A program made the position numbers and the translations under genes. Positions 1 through 9,971 of a stretch of 64,000 nt of DNA are shown here, one piece after another; position 1 is the stretch's first letter; every line of letters starts with the position of its first letter. The notes below the pieces were generated by a model. It worked only from the letters and a program-made list of their open reading frames with translations. It searched no databases and was not told where the DNA came from. Source of the DNA: Candidatus Enterousia onthequi (GTDB taxonomy: Bacteria > Pseudomonadota > Alphaproteobacteria > Rs-D84); NCBI GenBank assembly GCA_018064365.1, contig JAGHVJ010000006.1, forward strand, positions 2,058 through 66,057, given 5' to 3'.

Positions 1-19
1 ACTTTTAGCCGAAAAATCT

Positions 20-877
20 ATGTCTGAATATTGGAAAGCAAATTTCCCAAAATATAAAAAATATATTTATTCCAAATTTACAGATTCAGAACGCGCAGAA
101 CTCTCAAAATGTGTAAACACTGTGCATTTTACACTCAGTTGTGACGTAGATACAAATTATTATAAGACATTAGATAATATTTTATATGGGCCGTATTGGC
201 ATGAATTTATAGAATGTGCCACTGAACAAGTATCTGAGAAAACAATTAAAAAATACGAACATGTCCGTAAAGATGCAGAATGCAAATACCCGTATATTTT
301 TATAAGAAGTGTATTTTATGATGGTGGAAATATTACAACAACAAACCCATATTATGTAGCACCATATGAGCCAGAAAAAACACCACAAAAAAATGATAGT
401 ATAACTATTTACAACAAAGTGTTTACACAAGTTATCCAAGAATTTTGTGATTCTTTATCATATCAAAACACAAAAAAAGCACCATATATGAACGAATTTA
501 ACAAATTTCATAATGTATCGAAAGTATTTACGGCAAATCTTGACATGCTTATTGAAAACCCGTTTGTTTTTGATGGTGAATACATAGATTTGCAATCACC
601 GTTGTTTAAAAAATATGCGGACCAGATTTTACAAAAAATAAAACAAATTATGGCGATAACCCCAGAAATCAAAAAATTAGATAGGAAACACGAACAAGAT
701 ATGAACGGAATACAAACGCACTTTAAAGAATTAAAAGAAAAAAAGATACAAAACGCGAAACAGACTATCGAAAAATTGGGAAAAGAGTTGCAAGAATACG
801 ATCCTGACTTTGAATACGAACCGTATAATAAAGCAACTGGTACCATTTTTTGCCAATATACGCAAAAAAGCCGGTAA
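20..877 (+). CDS. Hypothetical protein with a Lys/Glu-rich, coiled-coil-like C-terminus. The reading frame is open to the window edge, so the N-terminus may be truncated.
   Basis: Long ORF with no upstream stop before position 1 in frame. No recognisable family motif. Confidence 0.45.
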   Translation: MSEYWKANFPKYKKYIYSKFTDSERAELSKCVNTVHFTLSCDVDTNYYKTLDNILYGPYWHEFIECATEQVSEKTIKKYEHVRKDAECKYPYIFIRSVFYDGGNITTTNPYYVAPYEPEKTPQKNDSITIYNKVFTQVIQEFCDSLSYQNTKKAPYMNEFNKFHNVSKVFTANLDMLIENPFVFDGEYIDLQSPLFKKYADQILQKIKQIMAITPEIKKLDRKHEQDMNGIQTHFKELKEKKIQNAKQTIEKLGKELQEYDPDFEYEPYNKATGTIFCQYTQKSR

Positions 878-1007
878 ATGCCGGTGCTTTTATACATATT
901 TGCCGGCAAAAAAACATCAAAAAACGCCGGGAAAATTTAGAATTATAAATGATTTCTAGAACGGATAGCCACGTATGTATAAACACTTTTATTGTGTATA
1001 TTATCAA

Positions 1008-1485
1008 TCAAATCTGCACGCCCAAGAACGTTTTTGCGCATTGACCAATTACAAATGCGATGACCGATACAATTGTGCAGATGGTCAGCATTTCTAAAAA
1101 CGGCTTTATAAATCCGTGTTTCCTGTAAAGACCAACATATAAATTAAATCCAAATAATGTTGCAATTGTTATCAGTATTGTGCCAATAAAAGCAAGTTTT
1201 ACATTTGTAAAAATCGTAAATGGTGCCAACAATATACGCGATACCTGTGATAAAACCTGCGGTTGCGGCGCGACGCATATTGTCTGTTTTTGTAGCAAGG
1301 TAATTTGCCGCCGTCATTGATAACGCATCAACAACCGACATAATAATACATGTCAGCAATATAAGTCGCCGATTAGTTAGTGTAAATGTCAGGCCTGCGA
1401 TTGTTCCTGTTATACTGACCACTGCATCGTGCATACCCAACACCGCAGAACCAAAAAAATCACATTTTTTTATTCTCGCCATATA
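1008..1485 (-). pseudogene. VIT1/CCC1-family (DUF125-like) membrane protein split across two overlapping reading frames. Probable frameshift, pseudogene or sequencing error.
   Basis: Frame A (1485->1144) starts MARIKK..GSAVLGMHDAVVSITGTIAGL..SMTAANYLA, typical of the first two VIT-family helices. Frame B (1298->1008) continues with C-terminal helices and overlaps frame A by ~150 nt. Confidence 0.4.
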
Positions 1486-1617
1486 AAAAATACTAACATT
1501 AAAAACTGAAATTTGCGCTGGGAAAGAAATCAAAAAAATCGCAAATTTTTACTTGCAAAAATACCGTTCGGCCAGCATAATGCCAAGGCTAAATGTTCAA
1601 CAAAAAAAGGAGTAAGT

Positions 1618-4278
1618 ATGAGTCAAAAATGGGTCTATACTTTCGGTAATGGTTCTGCCGAAGGTCGCGCCGATATGCGTAATTTGCTTGGTGGCAAAGG
1701 TGCAAATTTGGCTGAAATGAATTTGGTCGGTTTGCCTGTGCCTGCGGGATTTACTGTCACAACAGATGTTTGTACATATTATTATGAAAACGGTCAAACA
1801 TATCCGTCTGATTTAATGGACCAAGTTCGCAGCGGTGTTGCGCATATTGAAAATATTATGGGTAAAAAATTTGCAGATATGGAAAACCCATTGTTGGTTT
1901 CTGTGCGTTCTGGTGCACGTGTATCTATGCCGGGTATGATGGATACTGTTTTGAATCTGGGTTTGAATGATGAAACAGTAAAGGCATTGGCGAAACATTC
2001 TGGTAATGAAAGATTTGCGTATGATTCTTATCGTCGTTTTATCATGATGTTCTCTGACGTGGTGTTGGGTGCCGACATCAATTTGTTTGAACACAAATTA
2101 GAAGAAATGAAAGAATCCAAAGGATACAAAGTCGATACAGAATTGACTGCCGATGATTTGAAAGAATTAGTGGAACAATTTAAAACAATCGGTAACGAAA
2201 TTGGCAAAGTATTTCCACAAGACCCATGGGAACAATTGAAATTGGGAATTGGTGCTGTATTTGGTTCTTGGATGTCTAAAAAGGCAATTACATATCGTAA
2301 ATTGAATAATATCCCTGGTGATTGGGGAACGGCTGTGAATGTCCAGGCAATGGTGTTTGGAAATTCTGGCGATGATTCTGCCACAGGTGTTTGTTTCTCA
2401 CGCGATCCGGCAACTGGCGAAAATAAATACTATGGCGAATATTTAATCAATGCCCAAGGCGAAGACGTTGTTGCGGGTATTCGTACACCACAACCGATGA
2501 GTAAAGATGATTCTGGTCGTGTGTCTTTGGAAGAAGCAATGCCAAACGTTTATAAAGAATTGTGTGATGTTCGTGAAAAATTAGAAAAACATTACAAAGA
2601 TATGCAAGATATGGAATTCACAATCGAACATGGAAAATTGTGGATGTTGCAGTGCCGTAATGGTAAACGTACTGCGGCTGCGGCTGTGCGTATGGCTGTT
2701 GAAATGGTGAACGAAGGTTTGTTGACCAAAGAAGAGGCAATCTTGCGCGTTGGTGCCGACCAATTAAATCACTTGTTGCACCCAATGTTGGATCCAAAAG
2801 CAGACAAGAAAGTTATTGCAACAGGATTACCGGCATCCCCAGGGGCCGCAGTAGGCCAGGCCGTGTTTAATGCCGAAGATGCTGAAAAATGGGCATCCAA
2901 TGGTAAAAAGGTTATGTTGATTCGTGTTGAAACATCGCCCGAAGATATCGCCGGTATGAATGCCGCCCAAGGTGTAATTACGGCGCGTGGCGGTATGACA
3001 TCTCATGCAGCTGTGGTTGCGCGTGGTATGGGAACACCATGTGTATCTGGGTCTAATGATATTAAAATCGATTATGCAACAAAAACAATGTCCACAACAT
3101 CTGGTGTTGTGATACACGAAGGCGATTGGGTGTCTATTGATGGCGCACGTGGCGAAATTATCGCTGGGGCTGTACCAACAGTATCTGCATCATTGACAGG
3201 TAATTTTGGAACATTGATGGGCTGGGTTGATGAAATCAAAGTTTTGTCAGTCAAAGCAAACGCAGAAACGCCAAAAGACGCAAAACAAGCCCGTGATTTC
3301 GGTGCCCAAGGTATCGGATTGGCTCGTACAGAACATATGTTCTTTGACCCATCGCGTATCCAAGATATGCGTCAAATGATTTTGGCAGATGATGAGGCTG
3401 GACGTCGTGCGGCATTGGATAAATTGTTGCCATATCAACGTGCCGACTTTATAGAATTGTTCAAAATTATGGATGGTTTGCCGGTCACAGTTCGTTTGAT
3501 TGACCCACCTCTACATGAATTCTTGCCACATACAGAACCAGAAATGCAAGAATTGGCGAATCATATTGGCAAAACTTTGGAATTCGTAAAAACTCGTTCC
3601 GAAGCTTTGCGTGAATCCAATCCAATGTTGGGACATCGTGGTTGCAGATTGGCGATTACATACCCAGAAATCTGTGAAATGCAAACACGCGCAATCTTGT
3701 CTGCTGCAATAGAATGCAAAAAGGCCGGTATTCGTGTGTTCCCAGAAATCGAAGTTCCATTGGTTGGTTCTAAAAAAGAAGTCGATATTGTAAAAACGGT
3801 TATCGATGCAACGGCCCAGGCGTTATTTGCAGAAACTGGCGACAGTGTTGAATACACGGTTGGTTCAATGATTGAATTACCTCGTGCTGCTGTTTTGGCA
3901 AATGAAATCGCAGAAAGTTGTGAATTCTTTGAATTTGGAACAAACGATTTGACACAAACAACATTGGGTATGTCGCGTGATGATACTGGTAAAATCTTGG
4001 ATGAATACCGTGCGCGTGGCGTTTATGTTGCGGACCCATTTGCGTCTGTTGATCAATTGGGTGTTGGTCTATTGATACAAGATGCTGTGGAAAAAGCACG
4101 TAAAACCAAAGGCGACAAAATCCATTTGGGCGTTTGTGGTGAACATGGTGGCGATCCTGCATCTATTGAATTCTTCCATAAACTAGGGTTTAATTCTGTA
4201 TCATGCAGTCCATTCCGTGTGCCAATTGCACGCCTTGCGGCGGCCCAAGCGGCGGTTAAATTCCCACGCAAAAACTAA
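1618..4278 (+). CDS. ppdK: Pyruvate phosphate dikinase
   Basis: Starts MSQKWVYTFGNGSAEG. Contains GGMTSHAAVVARGMG (phospho-His region) and a PEP-utilising C-terminal domain. RBS AAAGGAG lies upstream. ~887 aa. Confidence 0.95.
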   Translation: MSQKWVYTFGNGSAEGRADMRNLLGGKGANLAEMNLVGLPVPAGFTVTTDVCTYYYENGQTYPSDLMDQVRSGVAHIENIMGKKFADMENPLLVSVRSGARVSMPGMMDTVLNLGLNDETVKALAKHSGNERFAYDSYRRFIMMFSDVVLGADINLFEHKLEEMKESKGYKVDTELTADDLKELVEQFKTIGNEIGKVFPQDPWEQLKLGIGAVFGSWMSKKAITYRKLNNIPGDWGTAVNVQAMVFGNSGDDSATGVCFSRDPATGENKYYGEYLINAQGEDVVAGIRTPQPMSKDDSGRVSLEEAMPNVYKELCDVREKLEKHYKDMQDMEFTIEHGKLWMLQCRNGKRTAAAAVRMAVEMVNEGLLTKEEAILRVGADQLNHLLHPMLDPKADKKVIATGLPASPGAAVGQAVFNAEDAEKWASNGKKVMLIRVETSPEDIAGMNAAQGVITARGGMTSHAAVVARGMGTPCVSGSNDIKIDYATKTMSTTSGVVIHEGDWVSIDGARGEIIAGAVPTVSASLTGNFGTLMGWVDEIKVLSVKANAETPKDAKQARDFGAQGIGLARTEHMFFDPSRIQDMRQMILADDEAGRRAALDKLLPYQRADFIELFKIMDGLPVTVRLIDPPLHEFLPHTEPEMQELANHIGKTLEFVKTRSEALRESNPMLGHRGCRLAITYPEICEMQTRAILSAAIECKKAGIRVFPEIEVPLVGSKKEVDIVKTVIDATAQALFAETGDSVEYTVGSMIELPRAAVLANEIAESCEFFEFGTNDLTQTTLGMSRDDTGKILDEYRARGVYVADPFASVDQLGVGLLIQDAVEKARKTKGDKIHLGVCGEHGGDPASIEFFHKLGFNSVSCSPFRVPIARLAAAQAAVKFPRKN

Positions 4279-4303
4279 TTGCACTGGAAGCAAAATAAAA
4301 ACC

Positions 4304-4327
4304 CTCCCGAACGGGAGAGTTTTTTAT
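4304..4327 (+). terminator. Rho-independent terminator after ppdK
   Basis: CTCCCG-AA-CGGGAG hairpin followed by TTTTTT. Confidence 0.8.
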
Positions 4328-4378
4328 TGTTATGAAATTTTGATTGTGATATAAATAAATCTGCGCAAAGGACGGAAA

Positions 4379-6154
4379 ATGACGACACAAAAATCGCAAA
4401 TATTGCCAAAATCATTATGGAAATTTTATTTGAAATACGGTTTTCGTGGGAATTATTGGTGCATTATTGCATGGGCGATATGTTGGTTGGTTGCCTCTTT
4501 TGACAATGTTTTGTTTCCGTTTTATCAGAAATGGCTAGTTGCCGCATTGGAATCACCGATTCCTGATGGGGTATCATGGTTGTCGTATATTTTGCCAACA
4601 ATACTTTTGATAATTGGTTTAGATGTTGTGTTGTTTGTATTTGTATTGTTGCGCAGTGTGTTTATATTTCGTTGGGGGCCCAGTGTGGATAAACAAATGT
4701 CTGTTATTCTGACGAATTATACACAATCTCAGAGTATGTCTTGGTGGGTATCTCGTTTGCCAGGCAAGGTAAATCAGCAAATGATATATATTCGCGATTT
4801 AGACAGTATTATGGAAAGTTTATGGTGGTGTATATGTACATTTTTGATGATATGCATAAATTCTGGAATGCTATTTCGTATAAATTCATATGTTGCAATA
4901 ATGTTTTTGTGCGCGTTTTCTTTTCGGGTTGTATTTGCATGGGGAATGCGTAAAAAAGTAAAAAATGCATCCGAAGAAAAAGCAAGTGCGCAAAGCACAT
5001 TGTCTGGCAAATTGGTTGATTCTTTGTCAAATTATGCGATTGTAAAATCTTTTGCTGGTGCAAAACGTGAAGAAGCATATCTGGAACCACATCGTAATCA
5101 AAAGATAAAGGCTGCGCGTCATTTTGGTTTTTTGAACAGATTGTTTTGGGGAATCCCTGGAACATTATGGAGTGTATTTTTTGGCGGAACATTATTCTTT
5201 TGTTCGATGCTGTATTATCGTGGCGAAATGACAATTGCAGATATTGTATTTACGATTGGTGTGTTTTTCTCTGTAATGGGTTCTATAAATGTATTGATAA
5301 ATCGTATTCCTGATATTATCGATAAAGTCAGCAGTGCATCGAAATCATATCGTGAATTGGTAAGTAATATTGATGTCGCAGACATTGATAATGCACCAGA
5401 TTTGCATGTCACGCGTGGCGCAATAGAATTTCAAAAAGTATCTTTTAAATACAGAAAGAAATATATTTTGCGTGATTTTAATTTGAAAATAAAACCCGGT
5501 GAACGTGTTGGAATTGTTGGGTTGTCAGGCGCAGGTAAAACAACATTGGTAAATTTGTTGATGCGTTTTTATGATCCAAACAGTGGTGCAGTTTTAATAG
5601 ATGGACAAAATATAGCAAAAGTTTCTCAGAGTTCCTTGCGTGAAAATATTTCTTATATTCCCCAAGAACCGACAATGTTTAACAGAACGATTGCGGAAAA
5701 TATTGAATATGGTCGTCCTGGTGCAACACTGAGTGAAATCAAGGCAGCGGCCCAAGAAGCGTCTGCCGATGAATTTATCAAAACAACCGATAAAAAATAT
5801 GATTCTTTGGTTGGTGACCGCGGGATAAAATTATCCGGTGGCCAGCGCCAGCGAATCGCGATTGCGCGTGCGTTTTTGAAAAATGCCCCGATATTGATTC
5901 TGGATGAAGCAACATCTGCATTAGACAGTGAAACAGAAATCGCAATTCAAAAATCATTTGATAAATTGTCTGTTGGACATACGACATTGGTTGTTGCGCA
6001 TCGTTTGTCCACTTTGCGTAATATGGACCGGATTATTGTGTTGGACAAAGGTTGCGTGATTGAATCAGAAACTCATAATTCTTTGATTCGTAAACACGGG
6101 TTATATTCCAAGTTGTGGAAAATGCAATCGGGTGGTTTTTTGCAAGAAAAATAA
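4379..6154 (+). CDS. ABC transporter with fused permease and ATPase (MsbA/exporter-type half transporter)
   Basis: N-terminal 6-TM domain. Walker A GLSGAGKTT, signature LSGGQRQR, Walker B ILILDEATS. Confidence 0.85.
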   Translation: MTTQKSQILPKSLWKFYLKYGFRGNYWCIIAWAICWLVASFDNVLFPFYQKWLVAALESPIPDGVSWLSYILPTILLIIGLDVVLFVFVLLRSVFIFRWGPSVDKQMSVILTNYTQSQSMSWWVSRLPGKVNQQMIYIRDLDSIMESLWWCICTFLMICINSGMLFRINSYVAIMFLCAFSFRVVFAWGMRKKVKNASEEKASAQSTLSGKLVDSLSNYAIVKSFAGAKREEAYLEPHRNQKIKAARHFGFLNRLFWGIPGTLWSVFFGGTLFFCSMLYYRGEMTIADIVFTIGVFFSVMGSINVLINRIPDIIDKVSSASKSYRELVSNIDVADIDNAPDLHVTRGAIEFQKVSFKYRKKYILRDFNLKIKPGERVGIVGLSGAGKTTLVNLLMRFYDPNSGAVLIDGQNIAKVSQSSLRENISYIPQEPTMFNRTIAENIEYGRPGATLSEIKAAAQEASADEFIKTTDKKYDSLVGDRGIKLSGGQRQRIAIARAFLKNAPILILDEATSALDSETEIAIQKSFDKLSVGHTTLVVAHRLSTLRNMDRIIVLDKGCVIESETHNSLIRKHGLYSKLWKMQSGGFLQEK

Positions 6155-6232
6155 AAATCATTGACCGTAACGCATAAAATTATTAATAATAACCACCGTA
6201 GGAATAAAATCTTTAAACAAAAGGACGGAAAA

Positions 6233-6733
6233 ATGAAAAAGATTGTTTTATTTGGTTTGGTATGTTCTGTGGTTGCGTCAAATGCAAATGCTGGCTGGTT
6301 TGGTAATTTGTTCACAAAAAATGCAGAACCACAAACTTTATCCGAGGCATGTAATGCAGACGAAATCACATCTGTTTGTCCAGAAATGGTGTTGGGCGAA
6401 AAAACATTGACAGAATGTTTGTCTGAAAATGTTAAATCTTTATCAAAAAAATGTTCAAAATATGTGAAAAAATCAATCAAAGAAAATAAAGAATTGGTTT
6501 TGGAAAGTAAAGACGCTGCTGCAACTGCTGCTGGTGCAAAGGTTGCTGATGTAAAAACTGCGATTGCCGAGAAAAAGGTCGCTGCCGCAGAAGCAAAAAC
6601 TGCATTAAAAAATAAAAAGGCTGCATTAAAATCAGATGCAAAAATCGCAGGGCAAGAAATTAAAGAAACCGTTCAGACAATAAAGGCAGATGCAATTGAA
6701 ACAGGTAAATCTGTAAAGGCGATTGCAAAATAA
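6233..6733 (+). CDS. Secreted small protein with four Cys in the N-terminal half and an Ala/Lys-rich repetitive C-terminus
   Basis: Signal peptide MKKIVLFGLVCSVVASNANA. RBS AAGGACGGAAAAATG. The C-terminus has KxAxAxxKxA-type repeats. Confidence 0.6.
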   Translation: MKKIVLFGLVCSVVASNANAGWFGNLFTKNAEPQTLSEACNADEITSVCPEMVLGEKTLTECLSENVKSLSKKCSKYVKKSIKENKELVLESKDAAATAAGAKVADVKTAIAEKKVAAAEAKTALKNKKAALKSDAKIAGQEIKETVQTIKADAIETGKSVKAIAK

Positions 6734-6802
6734 AAAATAAAATTTATTTGTCATAATGCCCTGCGAAATTTTTATAAATTTTCGTGGGGTGTTTTTTTAC
6801 TC

Positions 6803-6832
6803 TTTACAAGGTTAAATTAAAAATGCTAGAAT
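6803..6832 (+). promoter_or_regulatory. Putative sigma70 promoter for the large Cys-rich protein A
   Basis: TTTACA, 18 nt spacer, TAGAAT. Confidence 0.4.
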
Positions 6833-6894
6833 AATCTTAAGCGAAGGTTTACACATAAAAAAATGGCTATTTTCTGCTGTTTTAGGAGAGTCTT

Positions 6895-9102
6895 ATGAAA
6901 AATAAAAAAATGACAGAGGTTTATAAAAACGCAGTTGGCACTGTTGTTTTATTGGTCAGTGGCTTACTTATGTGGTCGGTGTTTTCTGATATGAAGGCGT
7001 ATGGCGACCCTGTTGCGCCAGTGACACCAACCGCGCCGCGGGCAAATTCTGTACGAACGAACGCAACAACGCGTGCAACTGCAACGTCACGTGGAACTGT
7101 GGCGCGAACAACAACCTCTCGAAATACAGCCAGTCGCGCAGTGTCGGGTAATGCAGTGTCTGGCGCGGAACGAGGTACAAGTTCTCGCAGTGTTAGGACT
7201 CGTAGTGTGAGTGTGCGTTCCGCAAACGGGACTGTGAAAAATGTTCCATCGTCAAATCGTTCGGTTGTGTCCCGTACAGTTTCAGGTAATACAACGATGC
7301 GTGGTGTGTCTGCGCGTAATACAGCACGCAATGTGGTCGCGCGGACAGGTACAACATCTGCGCGGGTCAGTCTTGTTGGAAATGGTTTGCGTGCTTCTAA
7401 TAGTTCAGGGATTACTACTTCGTATCTAACGAATAAATTGTACACAGGCAATTATTCAAACATTATCGATTCGACAACAGGATTGATTTCTGCTGATGCA
7501 TACAGTGCATGTTTGGAAAGTTATTATACTTGTATGGATGAAATTTGTACTGCACGTAGCGATACCAAAGGACGTTGTTCTTGCGCCGGTCGTGCAACTA
7601 ATTTTTTAGAGGCTGAAACAGCATTGGAAAAGGCAAATGAAGAACTGATTCAATTGTCTGGTCAATTGGCTTTGTTGGTTTCTACCAAGGGTAAAGATGT
7701 CAGCGAGGCATTTAAATTGACTGATGCTGAAAAAGTTATGAATTGCGTTTCTTGGAAAGATTTAACCGCACAATACGGTACAAATTATTCCACCCCAGAG
7801 GTTCAATCTTGGTGTAATTTGCATGGTATGTATAATTCGTCAGATTGCGCAGAACCATCTTATTGTAAATCTTCTGGTAATAGTTTTGGTTTTGATATCA
7901 GCACTATAAATGGCTCGTCTTCTGATATTTTGGCGTCATTAAAAACATGGGCGGATGCCAAAGATTTGGCAAAACAATATACATCCAGTGATACAGATGA
8001 ATTGTTGTCAAATTATACAACAATCGCTGGTGTTGTAAACGGGTTGTCTGGAATAAATGAAACGGCGGATGTGTCTGCGGCTGCGTTAGATACATTGGCG
8101 AATAAATGGGGATACGAATTATTTGAATATGCACATAATAATGTTTGTGGTCGTGTTCTGGATTCGTGCTTTAACGGAATATACGAGGCATGCGGCACAC
8201 CGCCATCCGGGTCAGATTCTGCGGGTAATAAAATCGGCAAATGTGCAAATGGTGCATCAACCAGTTGTCCGTACAATTATAACAGTGCAATTTCTGTCAA
8301 AACATCTGGGAACGGTTCTGGCGAGGTTGCATTAAACGAACGTGGCGCAACCGGTTCAACAACATCGACATCAGCAACTTGTTTTGGTTATACATCTGCA
8401 AACGGTGACCCATATGCTTCTTTGCGTGGGCCTGTTGCGGATGCGCGTCGCAGTATTATGCAGAAATATTTGTTGGATGCAAATGCGGCTTGCGATACAT
8501 ATGGTACTGCGTTAAAGAACACTGCGCAAAATATCAATTATCAAAAAATTGCCGCAGAACAGGCTTTGCGTCAGAAACGTATGGAATTTTACACCGAAGA
8601 AGAAACCAAAATTACAAATGATGCTATCGCTGCAATTACAAACTTTAATAATTGCATAGATGAAATTTGGGATTGTTATAATACAAATGCAGACGAAGAA
8701 AATTGGTCAACTGCGCGTATTAAAACATACTGTGCCCAGGTTTCCAATGTTCCGCATTGTTATGAAACAATGATTTGTAATCCGACGATTGTCCAGTTTA
8801 ACAAAATCATAGATGAACCGGATACAAAAGGAAATTGTGACTTGAGTGCAAACGTTGAAGAAAACAACTGTCGTAACGTTGTGACATTGCAAGAAATATT
8901 AAATGGTACCGGGGTCAGCGGTATTGGTTATGTCGGAAATGATAACTTGAACCAAATATTGGCTGGTTTATTAAAGGCAGAATCTGCCGTCGTGCGTGAG
9001 GCTTGTTTGTTAAAGGCTCTTGGATGTGACGGGCAAGACAAAGATGATCAAACTTGCTTGCGTAACTTTGATAAACAAAAATATAAAGATGAAAATAAAT
9101 AA
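6895..9102 (+). CDS. Large secreted or membrane-anchored protein (paralog A). Arg/Ser/Thr/Val-rich low-complexity N-terminal region followed by a Cys-rich domain.
   Basis: N-terminal hydrophobic segment. ~120 aa of degenerate SRxxVxxT-type repeats. More than 30 Cys. Motif C..Y..CMD.IC......RCSC is shared with 9972..12182. Confidence 0.75.
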   Translation: MKNKKMTEVYKNAVGTVVLLVSGLLMWSVFSDMKAYGDPVAPVTPTAPRANSVRTNATTRATATSRGTVARTTTSRNTASRAVSGNAVSGAERGTSSRSVRTRSVSVRSANGTVKNVPSSNRSVVSRTVSGNTTMRGVSARNTARNVVARTGTTSARVSLVGNGLRASNSSGITTSYLTNKLYTGNYSNIIDSTTGLISADAYSACLESYYTCMDEICTARSDTKGRCSCAGRATNFLEAETALEKANEELIQLSGQLALLVSTKGKDVSEAFKLTDAEKVMNCVSWKDLTAQYGTNYSTPEVQSWCNLHGMYNSSDCAEPSYCKSSGNSFGFDISTINGSSSDILASLKTWADAKDLAKQYTSSDTDELLSNYTTIAGVVNGLSGINETADVSAAALDTLANKWGYELFEYAHNNVCGRVLDSCFNGIYEACGTPPSGSDSAGNKIGKCANGASTSCPYNYNSAISVKTSGNGSGEVALNERGATGSTTSTSATCFGYTSANGDPYASLRGPVADARRSIMQKYLLDANAACDTYGTALKNTAQNINYQKIAAEQALRQKRMEFYTEEETKITNDAIAAITNFNNCIDEIWDCYNTNADEENWSTARIKTYCAQVSNVPHCYETMICNPTIVQFNKIIDEPDTKGNCDLSANVEENNCRNVVTLQEILNGTGVSGIGYVGNDNLNQILAGLLKAESAVVREACLLKALGCDGQDKDDQTCLRNFDKQKYKDENK

Positions 9103-9108
9103 TTTATT

Positions 9109-9131
9109 GCCCGGCATTTGCCGGGTTTTTC
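9109..9131 (+). terminator. Rho-independent terminator
   Basis: GCCCGGCA-TT-TGCCGGG followed by a T-tract. Confidence 0.75.
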
Positions 9132-9204
9132 TTAAAAACCTATGTCTGGTGGTTGTCAAAGTTCAAAATATTCTCGCTTTTGTATAAAATATTAGACAAA
9201 ACAC

Positions 9205-9232
9205 TTGACTTGTTGCTAAAAAATGGTATCTT
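9205..9232 (+). promoter_or_regulatory. Putative promoter of rplU-rpmA
   Basis: TTGACT, 16 nt spacer, TGgTATCTT (extended -10). Confidence 0.4.
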
Positions 9233-9296
9233 TTGCATAAAGTTTTAGACAAAAGTGTCAAAACAAAACAAGAACTAACAGCGTAAAGGTTAAAAA

Positions 9297-9596
9297 ATGG
9301 CAAATTTTGCAATCTTTCAAACCGGTGGTAAACAATACCGTGTGCGCGCAGGCGACACAATCAAGGTTGAAAAAATCAACGCAGAATCTGATGTTGAATT
9401 TGACAAGGTCTTGATGTTGGACAACAAAATCGGCACTCCTTATGTCGATGGTGCACGTGTTATTGCAACGGTTGTCGAACAAAAACGCGATGACAAGGTT
9501 TTGGTTTTCAAGAAAAAACGTCGTCAAAACTATCGTCGCACACGTGGGCATCGTCAATACATTACTGTATTGAAAATCAAAGAGATTAAAGGCTAA
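9297..9596 (+). CDS. rplU: 50S ribosomal protein L21
   Basis: MANFAIFQTGGKQYRVRAGDTIKVEK is a canonical L21 sequence. Confidence 0.95.
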   Translation: MANFAIFQTGGKQYRVRAGDTIKVEKINAESDVEFDKVLMLDNKIGTPYVDGARVIATVVEQKRDDKVLVFKKKRRQNYRRTRGHRQYITVLKIKEIKG

Positions 9597-9608
9597 GGAG
9601 TTTAGACT

Positions 9609-9875
9609 ATGGCACACAAGAAAGCAGGTTCCGCTACATCGAACGGACGCGATTCTGCAGGACGCAGATTAGGTATCAAAAAATCTGGTGGCGCGCGTGT
9701 TATTCCTGGCAATATCATTATTCGCCAACGTGGCACAGCGGTTCATCCTGGATTAAATGTCGGTATGGGCAAAGACCACACGATATTTGCAAAAATTGCG
9801 GGTGTTGTTAAATTCAAGCGTGGCTTGAAAGACCGCAAAACTGTTTCTGTCGTTCCTGATGAAGAAGCAAAATAA
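9609..9875 (+). CDS. rpmA: 50S ribosomal protein L27
   Basis: [24 protein letters not shown] is a canonical L27 sequence. Confidence 0.95.
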   Translation: MAHKKAGSATSNGRDSAGRRLGIKKSGGARVIPGNIIIRQRGTAVHPGLNVGMGKDHTIFAKIAGVVKFKRGLKDRKTVSVVPDEEAK

Positions 9876-9880
9876 AAAAA

Positions 9881-9906
9881 ATCGCCCACACGGGCGATTT
9901 TTTTGT
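9881..9906 (+). terminator. Rho-independent terminator after rpmA
   Basis: ATCGCCC-ACA-CGGGCGAT followed by TTTTTTT. Confidence 0.8.
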
Positions 9907-9971
9907 GCGATATATTTACATACTTTCAACTTTTTTCTGTTCCGTTTTTGTGATATAATTAAATCACAGAA

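Noticed and set aside
1597-4271. Multiple 60-120-aa antisense ORFs inside ppdK, and similar ones inside rpoB, virB10, uvrD and others
   Set aside because: They are wholly embedded in well-supported genes on the opposite strand. These are typical shadow ORFs.
6161-6232. Upstream extension of the small secreted protein (MTVTHKIINNNHRRNK..)
   Set aside because: The signal peptide and RBS support a start at 6233.
7020-7390. Possible DNA-level tandem repeat or CRISPR-like array underlying the Ser/Arg/Thr-rich region
   Set aside because: The periodicity is only at the amino-acid composition level. No exact or near-exact nucleotide repeats or spacers were found. No CRISPR array is evident anywhere in the window.
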